Positions 39,789-52,737 are shown, counted from the stretch's first letter. The stretch: 64,000 nucleotides of DNA from Octopus bimaculoides (GCF_001194135.2 NC_068982.1:168832309-168896308); one strand, 5' to 3'. Notes: generated by a model from the sequence alone, not told the origin. Translations and numbers: made by a program.

Positions 39789-41527
39789 CTGAAAAACACA
39801 AAAGAACGTATTGAAATGTTGATAAGTTGGGAGACACATTAGAGTCATACAGTAATATTATTATTTTCTGTTCTGTGTTCAACTTTGTCTTTCCTTTTCT
39901 CGGCATCTATGAAATGAATTCCAGCCGTATATTGATGCCGATTCAATCCTCTTCATTATCTCCCTACAAAAGTTGTTGCCTCCAACCAAAGTGCAAACAT
40001 TCTTTTTATATTTCCTTTCTTTTGTTTAGACGAAGGACGGGAATGACCTGCAAGTTTCGGGTCAAAATTCTTCTAAACTCCCTACAGCAAATGAATTAAT
40101 CGAAGTCGCATATCAAAATTTCCTATTACATATATAATTCAGTTGTATTTAATCGCCAGTTTCTTTCGTGATGCTAACTGTATCCACCATCAAAATAAAT
40201 TTGTTTTGAAATGCAGTTGCTGACTTTCTCCTAAGAATGCAATATTTTAGATTTTACAAGTCTTTATAACTTCTTTTATTAAGTTTCTGATTTCTTCCGA
40301 TAAACTGCGTAGAATTTTGCAAGGTAGAAAGACATTAAAAATGCTTTGATGATAATCTTTTTCCGTAAAACATTCTTTGAATAGTTGTAGAGTCCATTTT
40401 TCAATCAATGAGTTGTCTAACCGGATAAGCTCCCAAGGTTATCAATTTTAGTTTGCATAGGCCCTACTTAAGAAGGTTTATCTTTCATGTTCCTTTTTAT
40501 ATCACTACTTAATATATTTGTGCGGCCTCTCTGTTACATTTTTATTTACTAAATACCAGGTATTATTTTATAAATATACTTCAAATTTCACCTTTATACA
40601 CCATTGAAATTTAATCATGTGCCTTATTTTCCTACGATATGCTATATGATACAATTATAACAACCCAAATCGAATTTCAAGCTGACCCATTTATATTCTT
40701 AAATGTTTTCTTATCTCTCATCAGCAGTTTCGGGAAACATGTTACTTAATTCTAAAATACATACTTTGGTTCCACAAAAGAACATTCCTTCTGATAGATG
40801 TCTAAAGTGGAAAGATAATGAACTTATAATGGGGAGATGGTTGGGATATCTCTTCAAAAGATAAATCCGAACGAGAAAGATTTTGATAGATAAAATTCTA
40901 TAGAGTTAAATGCGCTTAGCTGAATGTTGAGAAAAAGAAAATTTATATAAACCATGGTCAAGCTGTTTGGTAAGAGCCACGTTATATCTTTTTAACGTTC
41001 AGGTCTACTACGTACCTTTTCAAGAATACATTTATAAATAAGAAAATATACAGTTACATAGTTTTACACACTAAAATAAATTGATTAATCTCTGCTTGTT
41101 GAATGTCTTCATTGAGTCCTCATTTTTGGAGTTAATGACTTAAGGTCTGCCGGGTAAGTTCTTAAAACTGATTTAGGAAAAATAGCATTGAAAGCCAATA
41201 TTATCTCGTGAGCTACACAAACGCTGCTTTCAGGGCCGGAGTTGGCTACCATTGGTCTCTGTGACAACAGATTATATTTTCTATAGTATAATGTTTATTA
41301 AAGAGTTGAAGAATGACCTAGTAAATAAGATGGCAGATAACCAAAGAAGGAATCAATGGTTCATGTTCTTACACCTTGTCGATTCCACAACAAAATTCTT
41401 AGACCTCAAGGTTCATCACCTTTTCAGTGATTATCACATAACAGAAATGGCCTTCATAATTAATTGCAGCACTACTAGAAAAGAAGTAAATGTGTTATAT
41501 CTTGTAGTGCTCAACTGCGCCAGCCAT

Positions 41528-41580
<53 letters not shown>

Positions 41581-42119
41581 ATCAGCTATGATAATAGCGA
41601 TAATGCAATGGCCTATTTTAGATTTTACCATGACTACTATAAAGCACAGTCAAACAAGATTATTCTTTCGTGTGGTCTAGTCATTAGAGTGTCGCGTGGG
41701 TTCCATTCCCAGACTGGGCGGTGCCTTGTGCCCTTGAGCCAGGTACTTTATTTTTCGTTACTCCAGTTTACTCAGATCTAAATGATTGCTCCTTTCTTCC
41801 CCCCCCCCCTACACACACCAGCTGTGATAACATCGATACTCCACTTACATAAGCACCAAAAACAATTAGCGAAATCGTGATAGGAGCTACCAAGTCAACC
41901 TCAGTTGCGAGTGGCGGCTAAATAGAATAATAAATGAAACTCTCATACTTTGAAAGTGCACCAAAGTATATCTATATTCGTAGATATACTTTTGGCAATC
42001 AATATAGCACAAAAAATATTCAGTTAGATTTCATATCTCCAGCTTCCTTGAACACTATCGATTATTTCTCTTAATAAGCACCACAAATACAAATTATTTT
42101 ATGACTTGGTTTAATTCTA

Positions 42120-43232
42120 TTAGGTTGTCAAGAAAGTTCTTGCGGAATTTTTAATTTTGATTTTAAATGATGTTTTTTTTCAAAATGATTTTCGTTAAAT
42201 TACTTTGACTTTATATAACATTTTAAAGCCCGTTTTTCGCTCTATCTAATCGTGTTACTCTTTTTCTTTTTGAATAATTAGGCCATTTTTTCCGGAACGT
42301 TGAATACAACATGGACAAAAAACAAATTCGCACAATTTTCTTATTCCAGTTCAAGCTAGGCCGAAACGCTGCTGAACAGCTCGCGATATCAACGATGCGT
42401 TTGGCCCAGGAACCACTAATGAACGTACAGCACAATGTTGGTTCAAGAAATTTCGTAGCGGTGACGAGAGTCTTGAAGATGATAAGCGTAGTGGTCGGCC
42501 ATCAGATGTTGACAACGATCAACTAAGAGCCTTAGTCGAAGCCAGTCCTCGCACAACTGTTCGAGAGCTTGCTTCTGAATTAGACGTAATGTATACGACA
42601 ATTTCCAACCACTTGAAAGAGATTGAAAAAGCAAAAATACTTGAGAAATGGGTGCCGCACGAATTGAACGACAACCAAAAAAAACGCCCGTTTTGAAGTG
42701 TCGTCTTCCTTTTTACGCAACAAGAGCGACCCATTTCTCGACCGGATTGTGACTTGCGATGAAAAGTGGATTCTTTACAACCGGCGACGCTCAGCTCAGT
42801 GGTTGGACGCTGACGCAGCTCCATGGCACTTCCCGAAGCCAAAGTTGCACCAAAAGAAGGCCATGGTGACTGTTTGGTGGTCTGCTGCCTGTCTCATCCA
42901 TGACAGCTTTTTGGATCCAGGCGAAACCATTACGGCGGAGAAGTGCCGTCAGCAAATGGATGAAATGCATAAGTCAACAACAGCAAGCATTGATCAATAG
43001 AAAAGGACCAATTCTTCTCCACGACAACGCTCGGCCGAATGTCGCACAACTGACCCTGCAGGAAGTTGAACGAATTTGGCTACGAAACTCTGCCTCATCC
43101 ACCATACTCACCAGACCTCTCGCCTACCGACTACCACTTTTTCAAGCATCTCGACAAATTCCTGCGTGAGAAATGCTTCAAAAACCAAGACGATGCCAAA
43201 CATGCCCTCAACGACTTCATCGCCACCAGAAC
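42120..43232 (+). mobile_element. mariner transposon (Hsmar1/cecropia-like), pseudogene, 3' end lost
   Basis: TA|TTAGGTTGTCAAGAAAGTTCTTGCGG 5' terminal repeat. Frameshifted transposase [39 protein letters not shown] and HPPYSPDLSPTDYHFF. No 3' terminal repeat seen. Confidence 0.92.
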
Positions 43233-43282
43233 GCATACTAATGTGTCCATCTGTTCTAATTTAATTAAATTCTATGTCTTTG

Positions 43283-43369
43283 TGCAGCTGAAGATTGCTC
43301 TGCATTTTAAATTGATATAATGATTACATTGTTTAAATAAATGGAGTTGTATGAAACGATCGTACTGCA
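43283..43369 (+). ncRNA. Type I hammerhead ribozyme motif (Penelope-type)
   Basis: TGCAG-CTGAAGA-[imperfect helix II]-GAAAC-GATC-GTA-CTGCA. Complete core, perfect 5-bp helix I, palindromic helix III loop. Confidence 0.7.
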
Positions 43370-43658
43370 TTACCTCTGGATATCCTTTTTGCTTATTTTG
43401 ATTATATATATATATATACATTACTGGTTTTAAAACAATTGGAGTTCTATGTGAACATGTATTATGCCGGAACGGAATTGTGTTTCTGAAAACTGTCTTG
43501 AACCACGAACAAAATAAAAGGTTTTCGAACTTAACCGGATTATATTGTATCCCAGTTGTAATAAATGCTTATTTCAATGTATATATCACAACCAGTGAAA
43601 AATGGAAAGCAAGAACTTGATAAAAAAGAAATTCGAAAACAAAATGCTACTTTATTAC

Positions 43659-43693
<35 letters not shown>

Positions 43694-44651
43694 NNNNNNN
43701 NNNNNNNNNNNNNNNNNNNNNNNNNNNNNNNNNNNNNNNNNNNNNNNNNNNNNNNNNNNNNNNNNNNNNNNNNNNNNNNNNNNNNNNNNNNNNNNNNNNN
43801 NNNNNNNNNNNNNNNNNNNNNNNNNNNNNNNNNNNNNNNNNNNNNNNNNNNNNNNNNNNNNNNNNNNNNNNNNNNNNNNNNNNNNNNNNNNNNNNNNNNN
43901 NNNNNNNNNNNNNNNNNNNNNNNNNNNNNNNNNNNNNNNNNNNNNNNNNNNNNNNNNNNNNNNNNNNNNNNNNNNNNNNNNNNNNNNNNNNNNNNNNNNN
44001 NNNNNNNNNNNNNNNNNNNNNNNNNNNNNNNNNNNNNNNNNNNNNNNNNNNNNNNNNNNNNNNNNNNNNNNNNNNNNNNNNNNNNNNNNNNNNNNNNNNN
44101 NNNNNNNNNNNNNNNNNNNNNNNNNNNNNNNNNNNNNNNNNNNNNNNNNNNNNNNNNNNNNNNNNNNNNNNNNNNNNNNNNNNNNNNNNNNNNNNNNNNN
44201 NNNNNNNNNNNNNNNNNNNNNNNNNNNNNNNNNNNNNNNNNNNNNNNNNNNNNNNNNNNNNNNNNNNNNNNNNNNNNNNNNNNNNNNNNNNNNNNNNNNN
44301 NNNNNNNNNNNNNNNNNNNNNNNNNNNNNNNNNNNNNNNNNNNNNNNNNNNNNNNNNNNNNNNNNNNNNNNNNNNNNNNNNNNNNNNNNNNNNNNNNNNN
44401 NNNNNNNNNNNNNNNNNNNNNNNNNNNNNNNNNNNNNNNNNNNNNNNNNNNNNNNNNNNNNNNNNNNNNNNNNNNNNNNNNNNNNNNNNNNNNNNNNNNN
44501 NNNNNNNNNNNNNNNNNNNNNNNNNNNNNNNNNNNNNNNNNNNNNNNNNNNNNNNNNNNNNNNNNNNNNNNNNNNNNNNNNNNNNNNNNNNNNNNNNNNN
44601 NNNNNNNNNNNNNNNNNNNNNNNNNNNNNNNNNNNNNNNNNNNNNNNNNNN

Positions 44652-44795
44652 CTACAACGGGCTTCTTTCAGTTTCCGTTTACCAAATCCACTCACAAGGC
44701 TTTGATCGGCCCGAGGCTATAGAAGATATTTGCCTAAGGTGCCACGCAGTGGGACTGAACCCGGAATCATGTGGCTGGTAAGTAGCTTGTATCAC
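44652..44795 (-). mobile_element. SINE family A, 5' half
   Basis: Reverse complement of 1200-1355; abuts the N-gap. Confidence 0.8.
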
Positions 44796-44796
44796 T

Positions 44797-45400
44797 CATG
44801 GCAGCGCTGGAGAGAATAGAGTTTCAGTGCTTTAAGGTGGTCCCAATAATCGAGATCAGTCATGCCCTTAAGTCTTTTAGTGAATGACCTCTGGGTTGAT
44901 TCAATTTTCGAGGTGTTATGTTTTGTATGAGGAGACCACAGGGGGAAGCAGTATTCGAGGTGTGGCCGTACAAAGGAGGAGAAAAGTGGAATGACGATAC
45001 TTTGTTCTCTGGACCGGAAAGTTCTTAGGATCCAGGAGCTCATCCTACGAACTTATTATTGACCTTATTGTTGATGCGGGTACTCAAACTGAGATTGTTA
45101 TCAACAATTACTACTAGGCGTCTGATATTATATGCCGTGAGAGGTTCCACTGTAGGAAGAGAGTATAGTGTTATAACATAGTCTATTTTTTCAAAATGCA
45201 TCATATCAGCTCAAATTTTCCCTCGTTAGTAGCATTTTGTTTTTGTCTGTTCATTGACTTACAGCATGTTGATCAGACTGGGGATGAATTCGGTCTTTTG
45301 TATTGATAATTTTCTGGAGCTTGGAGTCATCAGCGAATATTTTCACTTTACTGTGTTTTATGATGCTGGAAAGATCGTTTATATAGATTATAAAGAGGAT
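44797..45400 (-). mobile_element. CR1/L2/Jockey-group LINE RT C-terminal fragment
   Basis: [19 protein letters not shown] and WILRTFRSR..VRPHLEYCFPLWSP..KIESTQRSFTK. Confidence 0.85.
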
Positions 45401-45405
45401 ATATG

Positions 45406-45471
<66 letters not shown>

Positions 45472-45487
45472 TGCATAAAGATATATA

Positions 45488-45523
<36 letters not shown>

Positions 45524-45925
45524 CATATATATGTATATATATATATTTGCATATATAGATAGATAGGTATGTGCATGTATGTGTGTATATATATTCAGTA
45601 TGTATGTATGTGTATGAAAGCATTAAGGACATGGCCCAGTGGTTAGAGTGCTCCACTCACGATCGCGGTTTTACTTCCTCGACCGGGTGGTGCGTGTTTG
45701 TCCTTCAGCAAAACACTTCAGCCCACGTTATCCTGCGACAACTTTGACACCTGATGTGTGGTACACCACGTAACTTTTCAGGCAAAATCGATTTGATGGA
45801 AGGGAGTGAGCTAATGTCTAGTATATAAATTTGATCACAATAAACAAGTCATTTGTGTAAATTGTTCAGCAAGAAATTGCAGAATCGTGTTTCTCGAACA
45901 ACGAGAGTCTACTACGTGTGTGTGT

Positions 45926-46015
<90 letters not shown>

Positions 46016-46016
<1 letters not shown>

Positions 46017-46313
46017 GGCGGATGGCTTAGTGGTTTGAGAGTTGGGCTCACAATCATGAGGTGGTGAGTTCGATTCTCGGAACAGACTGTGTTGTGTTCT
46101 TGAGCAAGACACTTTATATCATGTTGTTCCAGTTCACTCAGCTGTAGAAATGAATTGCAACGTCATAATATCGGTGGCGTAGAGAGAGGAGGCTGGTGTG
46201 AATGGGTAACTGCTGGTCTTTCACAAAACAACCTTGCCCGGACTTGTGCCTCGGAGGGTAACTTTCTAGATGCAATCCCATGATGATTCATGATCGAAGG
46301 GGGTCTTTACCCT
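46016..46313 (+). mobile_element. tRNA-derived SINE, family D
   Basis: A box TGGCTTAGTGG and B box GAGTTCGATTC. Partial relatives near 41670 and 51695. Confidence 0.75.
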
Positions 46314-46399
46314 GTATGTATACATGTATGTATGATCTCTTACTTCTATTTATGTGGAATAGGGGAGATAGAGAGACCGTTGATGCACAGGTCATGGGT

Positions 46400-46685
46400 T
46401 TGAGGGACTGACTTTCCTCGTTCTATAACCAAATATGAAGATTTCTTTTATCCAAATTCCATACCTATATCAGCTGAAAATGTTGTTATTAATTCCAGTT
46501 GTATTTTGGCATTGTTAAGACTTTTAGCATAAATCTTCACGTCGTCTACAAAGAAATTATGAGTTACATTGATATTTCTGGAAGTTAAAGATCCTAGCAT
46601 GTAACCATTTGCAGTTTCTGCAGTTGGAATGATAATGGATGCAGTGTCAAAATGAAAAGAAGCACAGAAAGAATATCTCCCTGGA
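46400..46685 (-). mobile_element. RT fragment of an RLE-type (R4/Dong-like) LINE
   Basis: ..NGYMLG..VTHNFFVDDVKIYAKS..QLELITTFSADIGMEFG, covering RT motifs C-D. Confidence 0.75.
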
Positions 46686-47514
46686 ATGTATGTATGTTTG
46701 TTGTACACATGTTAGCGTATATTTATGCAAATGCACGTGGGTGCAGGCGTGGATAAGATTACAAAAATGGAACTTATTTATATAGTTGTTACTTCTTGAT
46801 CAGACGTGTTATTTCTCTTTTTGTGAGACCCAGTTTCTCAGATTGTTAACATTTTAACATCTGTTGGACAACTGATTTCAATCTATGAATGTTGCTGTTG
46901 TCGTTAGAACGTGGCCTTCTTTGATTGAGTACACCTATGTTCAAAGATTTCCCATCCGTAACCATCCTGTATTTTTGTATATATATATATATGAGTATAC
47001 TGTCCGATATGTCTTTCCTTTTTTTAAGGAGGTGGGATTTAATTAGATGACTATTCGACTTCTATTTCTGGCGGTCGGGTGTTCACGTAAAAGCTCCTTT
47101 ATTAGCACGTGTGAATGTATGTGCGTGTGTGTGTCCGGTGTTTTGTGTATTCATTTAAAGTTTTGCTTGCGTATGTATGTAACTTCGTTTGTGTGTGTAA
47201 GTTTGGGTCAGGGCAAATATGTGCTTGTGTAAATTTGTTGAGTGTGCGCGCGCGCGCGCGTGTGTGTGTATTTGTTGATACCTTGATACCTTAAAAGAAA
47301 TAGCATACATACATACATGCAGCTTTTTTGATTGGAAACCCACACTAACTATCGATTTCTAAATGAACCGCTGTAACGAATGAGTTACTAAATCGAAGAT
47401 ACGAACTGTGACGAAATGTCAGTGCACACATTAACAGAGAAAACAAAATGTGTATTGAAATGAAGAAAAGGGACGAGGTTTTTCTTTTGCTTGTATTTGT
47501 TGTTTGTTTTTTAC

Positions 47515-47699
47515 CTTTTTCTTCTGCTTTCTAACCTTCTCGAGCACATTTTGTAACCACGTGAATTGTCCGTTTGGGTCAGGATTTTGATTTGGTTTGA
47601 TTAGTTTGTTTCTGTTGTAGTAGAGGAGTGTATTGAGATTCACGATGTAAAGGTCAGGATCTTTGGTTGCCATAAAGTAATAACCGTTCTTTGAAAAAG
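47515..47699 (-). CDS. SMPDL3B: SMPDL3B-like, coding exon 4
   Basis: Long pyrimidine tract plus TAG acceptor. Translates (T)FSKNGYYFMATKDPDLYIVNLNTLLYYNRNKLIKPNQNPDPNGQFTWLQNVLEKVRKQKKK, matching the family pattern GYY..LNTxLYY..DPxGQFxWL. Donor AAG|GTAAAA, phase 0. Confidence 0.92.
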
Positions 47700-47968
47700 C
47701 TATTAAAGGAAGAAATTAAAAGAAATAATAGCATTTCTGAAAGAATTTAAATTACTAAAAGGCGAATTTACTTCTCTCCATGTGAATTAACTGATAATAT
47801 AAAGAAATCGTTACAAATATGTTTAAATATGTTGAAAGATGTGAGAAAGTTATAGCAGTAGACCACCTCCAGACAGATTTGATGATTTTACCGAGACTAG
47901 TTCAGTGTCTCACTGTTCAAAGTTCATATCGTTGTTTTAGAAGTCAAGAAAATAACTGCACACTGAGG

Positions 47969-48012
<44 letters not shown>

Positions 48013-48599
48013 ACTCACTCACTTTCTCCTATCAGTCTTATGCTACAACTAAATAATTTTAAAAGAAAGAACTGCATAGTATTTTAATATTCCAGACTGT
48101 CGATATCGTCTTACTCTTCTGCTTCTTCCAACTAGTTGGCTTGTGGCCATACTGGGGCACACCTTACATCTTAAATCATTTATGTTTGTACTACTTTCAA
48201 TCGAAAGAGTCATTAAAGTGGCTGATATTGCAACATTCGTTCGGGTTCTTTGCGATCTGAGTTCAAATCCAACCGAGGTCAAATTTGCCTTTCATTCTTT
48301 AGTAGTCGATAAATGAATTACCAGTCCAGAACGATAGGTTGGTGGAACAACAACAGCAATGGAGGAGATGGTGCGGTATTTGTACTGCATCTTTACGTTG
48401 TGCGTACAAATCCCTTCCAATTGCCGACAGCCAAGTCTCATTACTCAACCATTCCTCCAGCCAACAATTGACCAGCTTGGACAGAAAACCCTACAAACAA
48501 CATAGATAATCTGGAAATGATATATTGAGTCTTTCATCCTTCAATGGATCAACAAGGGCTACATGGAAACTAGATGATATGTTTCTTTAAATAAACGAT

Positions 48600-49435
48600 T
48601 TTCGGCGCTTCTTTAGAAACGCACCTCTCCAAGAAAATGACGCTTAATTGTAAAAAAAAATGTTAAGAAAATGAGAAATATATCCAAAATAAATGAAGTA
48701 TGCAAAAGATTAGAAAGATTCATCTATTTTTAGATATTTTCTACTAAAATTAAAACAAACTGAAAACGAACACTCACGAATATAAACAAACATGTCGGAC
48801 CATACAAGGGGAGGTATTATTGGTGATAAGAGGTATTATTAATGATACGAGGGGCCAAAATAGCCACTGAGTTATATATTCTGTAATTTATTTTCTCAGT
48901 AAACTGAAAACAAAAATAAAAATAACAAAACTTGTATACGTCTTAAACATGTTTACTGTATTGTTTTATAATCATTTCTGTCGTATATCACATCATAAAA
49001 TGGGCGAAGGTAAAGCGAGTGCACACTACCTAACTCTAAAACTAACCCTAACCCTAACCCTAAAACTAACCCTAACACTAACCCTAAAACTAAACCTAAC
49101 CCTAACCCTAACCAGTTTGCGCAGTAAAAAATCTGATTAAAAACAATCAAGAATTTGCAAACGATATTGTCGGGCCCCTCGTATCATTAATAACATCTGA
49201 CTGGTAAAAGTAAGTTACCCACCCACCTACCCCTGTATCGTCCGACATGTTTGTTTATATTCGCGAGTGCCCGTTTTCCGTTTGTTTTATTCTTTAGTAT
49301 AAAATATTTTAAAATAGATAAATCTTCCTAATTTTTTGCATCATTTATTTTGGATATATTTCCCATTTTCATAAATTTTTTTAAAAATTAAGCGCCATTT
49401 TCTTGGAGAGGTGCGCTTCTAAAGGAGCGCCCGAT
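48600..49435. repeat. Foldback element (about 255-bp arms) with internal telomere-like array
   Basis: 48600-48856 versus 49173-49435 are diverged inverted arms. CCCTAA/AACTAA array at 49027-49113. Confidence 0.85.
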
Positions 49436-50402
49436 TTTCTATTCGAATTTATAAACGATCTTGTAAGACGTAGAGCTGAGGAAATAATACAAAAGAGAGC
49501 TGAAGTTCATAATCTGGAAAATTCGAATTATTATTGCAACAATTCAACTCAGAAATTTAGTCACGGAATAATCGAATATAATAACTTTTCTACAATAGGA
49601 ATTTCGGGGTGGGAATAAGTCGATTACATGGACTCCAGTGCTCGACTAGTATTTTCTTCATCGATCCCGAAAGGCGAAGTAGACCTCCATGGAATTTGAA
49701 CTCAGAACGTAGCGGCAAACGACATGCCGCTAAGCATTTACCCTGGTGTGCTAATGATTCTGCCAGCTCGCCGCCTTATAACTGAATATAATAATGATGT
49801 TGTTGATAGACTTTAGGTGTTTCTCCGCTTGAAATTGTTATCTGTAGCCCTCATCACAAGTGAATATAATATTTTCAAAAAATTTAATTAGAAGCTGAGC
49901 CTGTCATCTGGAAATTCAGTTTGGAACTCTTTCCATTTTTCTGTCGGGTTGCAGAATGTTTGATCTATCGTCTACAGGTTTCTGTGTAAAATTTGTTGAT
50001 TTGAATAGTGGTTGGAAATATCATTTGAAGATTTATTTAAATAACTGATTTATTTAAATATCTTCTACAGATATTCCTAGTTGTTACATCTAACATCATC
50101 GGATATGGTAAGTATTGCTTGATACTAACTGAAATACATGACAAGATGTTATAGTCATTAAATTTAACGAGATATTACGTAGTTTACAGTTTCTGAAATG
50201 GAATACTGCCAAAGTCGCTGTAACCCTTAATGAACCCCGAGAATTAAGCAACTTATTCGTTTATTTTGGTCGAACATTTAGACTTTGTAAAGCAACCAAT
50301 TTGTAAAAGTGAGGGTGTATTGTTGATTGAAGAGACCACAATATATTATTAATGAAGGTATTTTCCTTGGTTTCTCGACTTGGTAGAAATAGGAGCAAAA
50401 TC

Positions 50403-50890
50403 TTTGGCGGAATTCTACTTTACGCACAGCATATAACCCCTCGTAACTTTTTTATTTTTTAGAATTTTCAGAAAATTTTTACGAATTTATATCCTACACA
50501 TGGAAATTCATGCGATAACGTAAAAACCAAAATAAAAAACTTTTGCTGTGATTTAAGGGTTATTTAGCCGTTGTTCTTAGCAAATCTCATGACCATCTCA
50601 TACCATCCTCGTTTGTTTGACAGTCTGATGTATTGTTGCTTTTCGATATCTCTCCTCATAAACACATTTAATGGTCTATTCCTAGGATTTAAGCTAAAGA
50701 TTCTGATTGTCCATATTCTAAACTGAGATTTTTTTTTTTTTCTTCTTAATTTCGAAAACTTTAAAAAAACTTTTTCATAGTCTTGTGAACTCCTGTGTAT
50801 AGAATACAAATTCGCAAAAGTTTTCTGAAAATTCCAAAAATTAAAAAATTATGAGATTATATGCCATGCGTAAAGCAGAATTCCGCCAAA
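50403..50890. mobile_element. MITE-like element with about 100-bp inverted ends
   Basis: TTTGGCGGAATTCTACTTTACGCA.. at 50403 versus ..TGCGTAAAGCAGAATTCCGCCAAA at 50890. Confidence 0.75.
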
Positions 50891-51074
50891 ACTTTCTTCA
50901 ATCGCAAGTTAATGCCTTGACAAAAAGGGAAATATACATTAGATCACATTGTTCTATATAACTTGAAAAAGGCGAGATGACTTGACTACGGCTAAAATTC
51001 TTTTCATCGTAGGTCTGATCTTTCAGTACTGACCTGGCACTAAACAAAAACTGTTATATATTCTTTGCTACTCT

Positions 51075-51237
51075 AGGCACAAGGCCCGACATTTTGAGGA
51101 AGGGGCCAGTCGATTCGATCGACTCCAGTACGCAACTGGTACTTAATTTATCAACCCCGAAAGAATGAAAGACAAAGTCGACCTCGGCGGAATTTGAAAT
51201 TAGAACGTAAAGACAGATGAAATACCGCTACGCATTT
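51075..51237 (-). mobile_element. SINE family C
   Basis: Reverse-complement match to family C. Further minus-strand copies at about 49612-49780 and 53212-53380. Confidence 0.8.
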
Positions 51238-52020
51238 ACGAATAGTAAACTAATGAAAACATTGCAGAAGTTTTAGAAAATAAAAAAAGAACCCCTATTG
51301 GCAACTAGAAAACTCAAATACAAAAGGGCGTTACCTTTTGTATTTGTCGCACCCTGCATATAAAAAAATACAAAGAAATTAACTCATTGCAGACACACCG
51401 GCCTTCATGTCCGTAAGAAAAAACGGTTTATGGTATGCGTTTATAATCACATAGATAGTGTTTTAAAAACAGCTGAGAAAAATTTGCAGTTTAACTTGAA
51501 CATAGTTCAAAATGTAAGTCATAATCGAAACATGTTACTATCAGTTCTGAAACTGAAACAAATAATTTTTTTTTTTTAAATATGAAAAACTACTAAAAAT
51601 AAATTATCTGATATGATAAGCGTTGGGTGATATCAGTAAGGTCACCATTCGAGAAAATTATGAGTCATTCGATTTCATAACCACTGGTACTAAGAAGGCG
51701 CGTGACCTAGTGGTTATGTAAATGGATTCTTGATCATAAGGTAGTGAGTTTCTTGTATCAGTGACCATGATGCTTTATTTCGCGTTGCTCCACTTCTTTA
51801 GTCAGTAAAAATGTGTATTGTAACAGTCACAGCGCCCGATCAGCTTCAAGTTCGAGCAAAGTATTAATGAGTCAATGATACGACCTTCTCCTGATACTAG
51901 AGATAGTACTATTAGGTATAATGCTATACCTGATGTTATAAATAGCACGTGATTATTAAAGCTGCGTTAAAACAAAAATGTCTTCAGTAAGTAACTTTTA
52001 TCTTTTGCTTGTTATTAGAC

Positions 52021-52737
52021 TGCGGCCCTGCTGGGGCACCACCTTGAAGAATTTTTAATCGAATGAATCAGGCTGGTACTTATTTTATCGGTCGCTTGCC
52101 GAAGTGCTAATTTACAGGGACGTAAACACACCGACACTGATCGTCAAGCGGTGGTGGGAAACAAACATATGCAAAGCACACACACACACTCACACATACA
52201 CACATACATACACATATATGTATATTAATATTAATAATGATAAAGAATATGGAAGCTTGTACATCCACAAAATATATTTTATAGTTATATAAAGCATATT
52301 GTAATGACCAAACGCTTTGAGGATGACCAAACTGACAGACCAAACGGACGGACCCTGATGAAGCTGCACCGACAACATTGCAAGGTTGCATTTGCTACAT
52401 TGAGTAGTCGGTGCAGCGGAAACACGTGTAAGTTGTTACAATATGCTGAATATAAACTATAAAATATATTTTGTGGATGTACAAGTCTCCATACTCCTTA
52501 TTAGTATTAATATTAATATATAATCCGGAAAATTTTTACCGTCCAGCGAAGAGTACACGGAATTACCCATAGGAAGAATTCACGGAACGACTAACAACTA
52601 ATTGTAGTCACAGACGTTAGATCCTTATCGTTGTAGTCAGCCGTTAACTGGAACTTAACTGAGAGCTAATACGGTATCCGCCCGGATGTATCCCTCCAAA
52701 CTCACTCATATATATATATATACATATATGCGTGTGT

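Noticed and set aside
39789-39906. 5' part of the 205-aa ORF (MPRKGKTK..)
   Set aside because: Lies upstream of a strong acceptor at 39788, has no family similarity, and is read-through into the intron.
40100-40450. Possible hAT-like transposase fragment on the minus strand
   Set aside because: Only vague similarity and multiple stops; cannot be supported without a search.
41230-41320. Candidate for the missing SMPDL3 exon (acceptor then VILQLFNKH..)
   Set aside because: No HxPPG or GHxH motif, and an in-frame stop after 23 codons.
49027-49113. True telomere or chromosome fusion site
   Set aside because: Short, degenerate, single orientation and enclosed in an inverted-repeat element.
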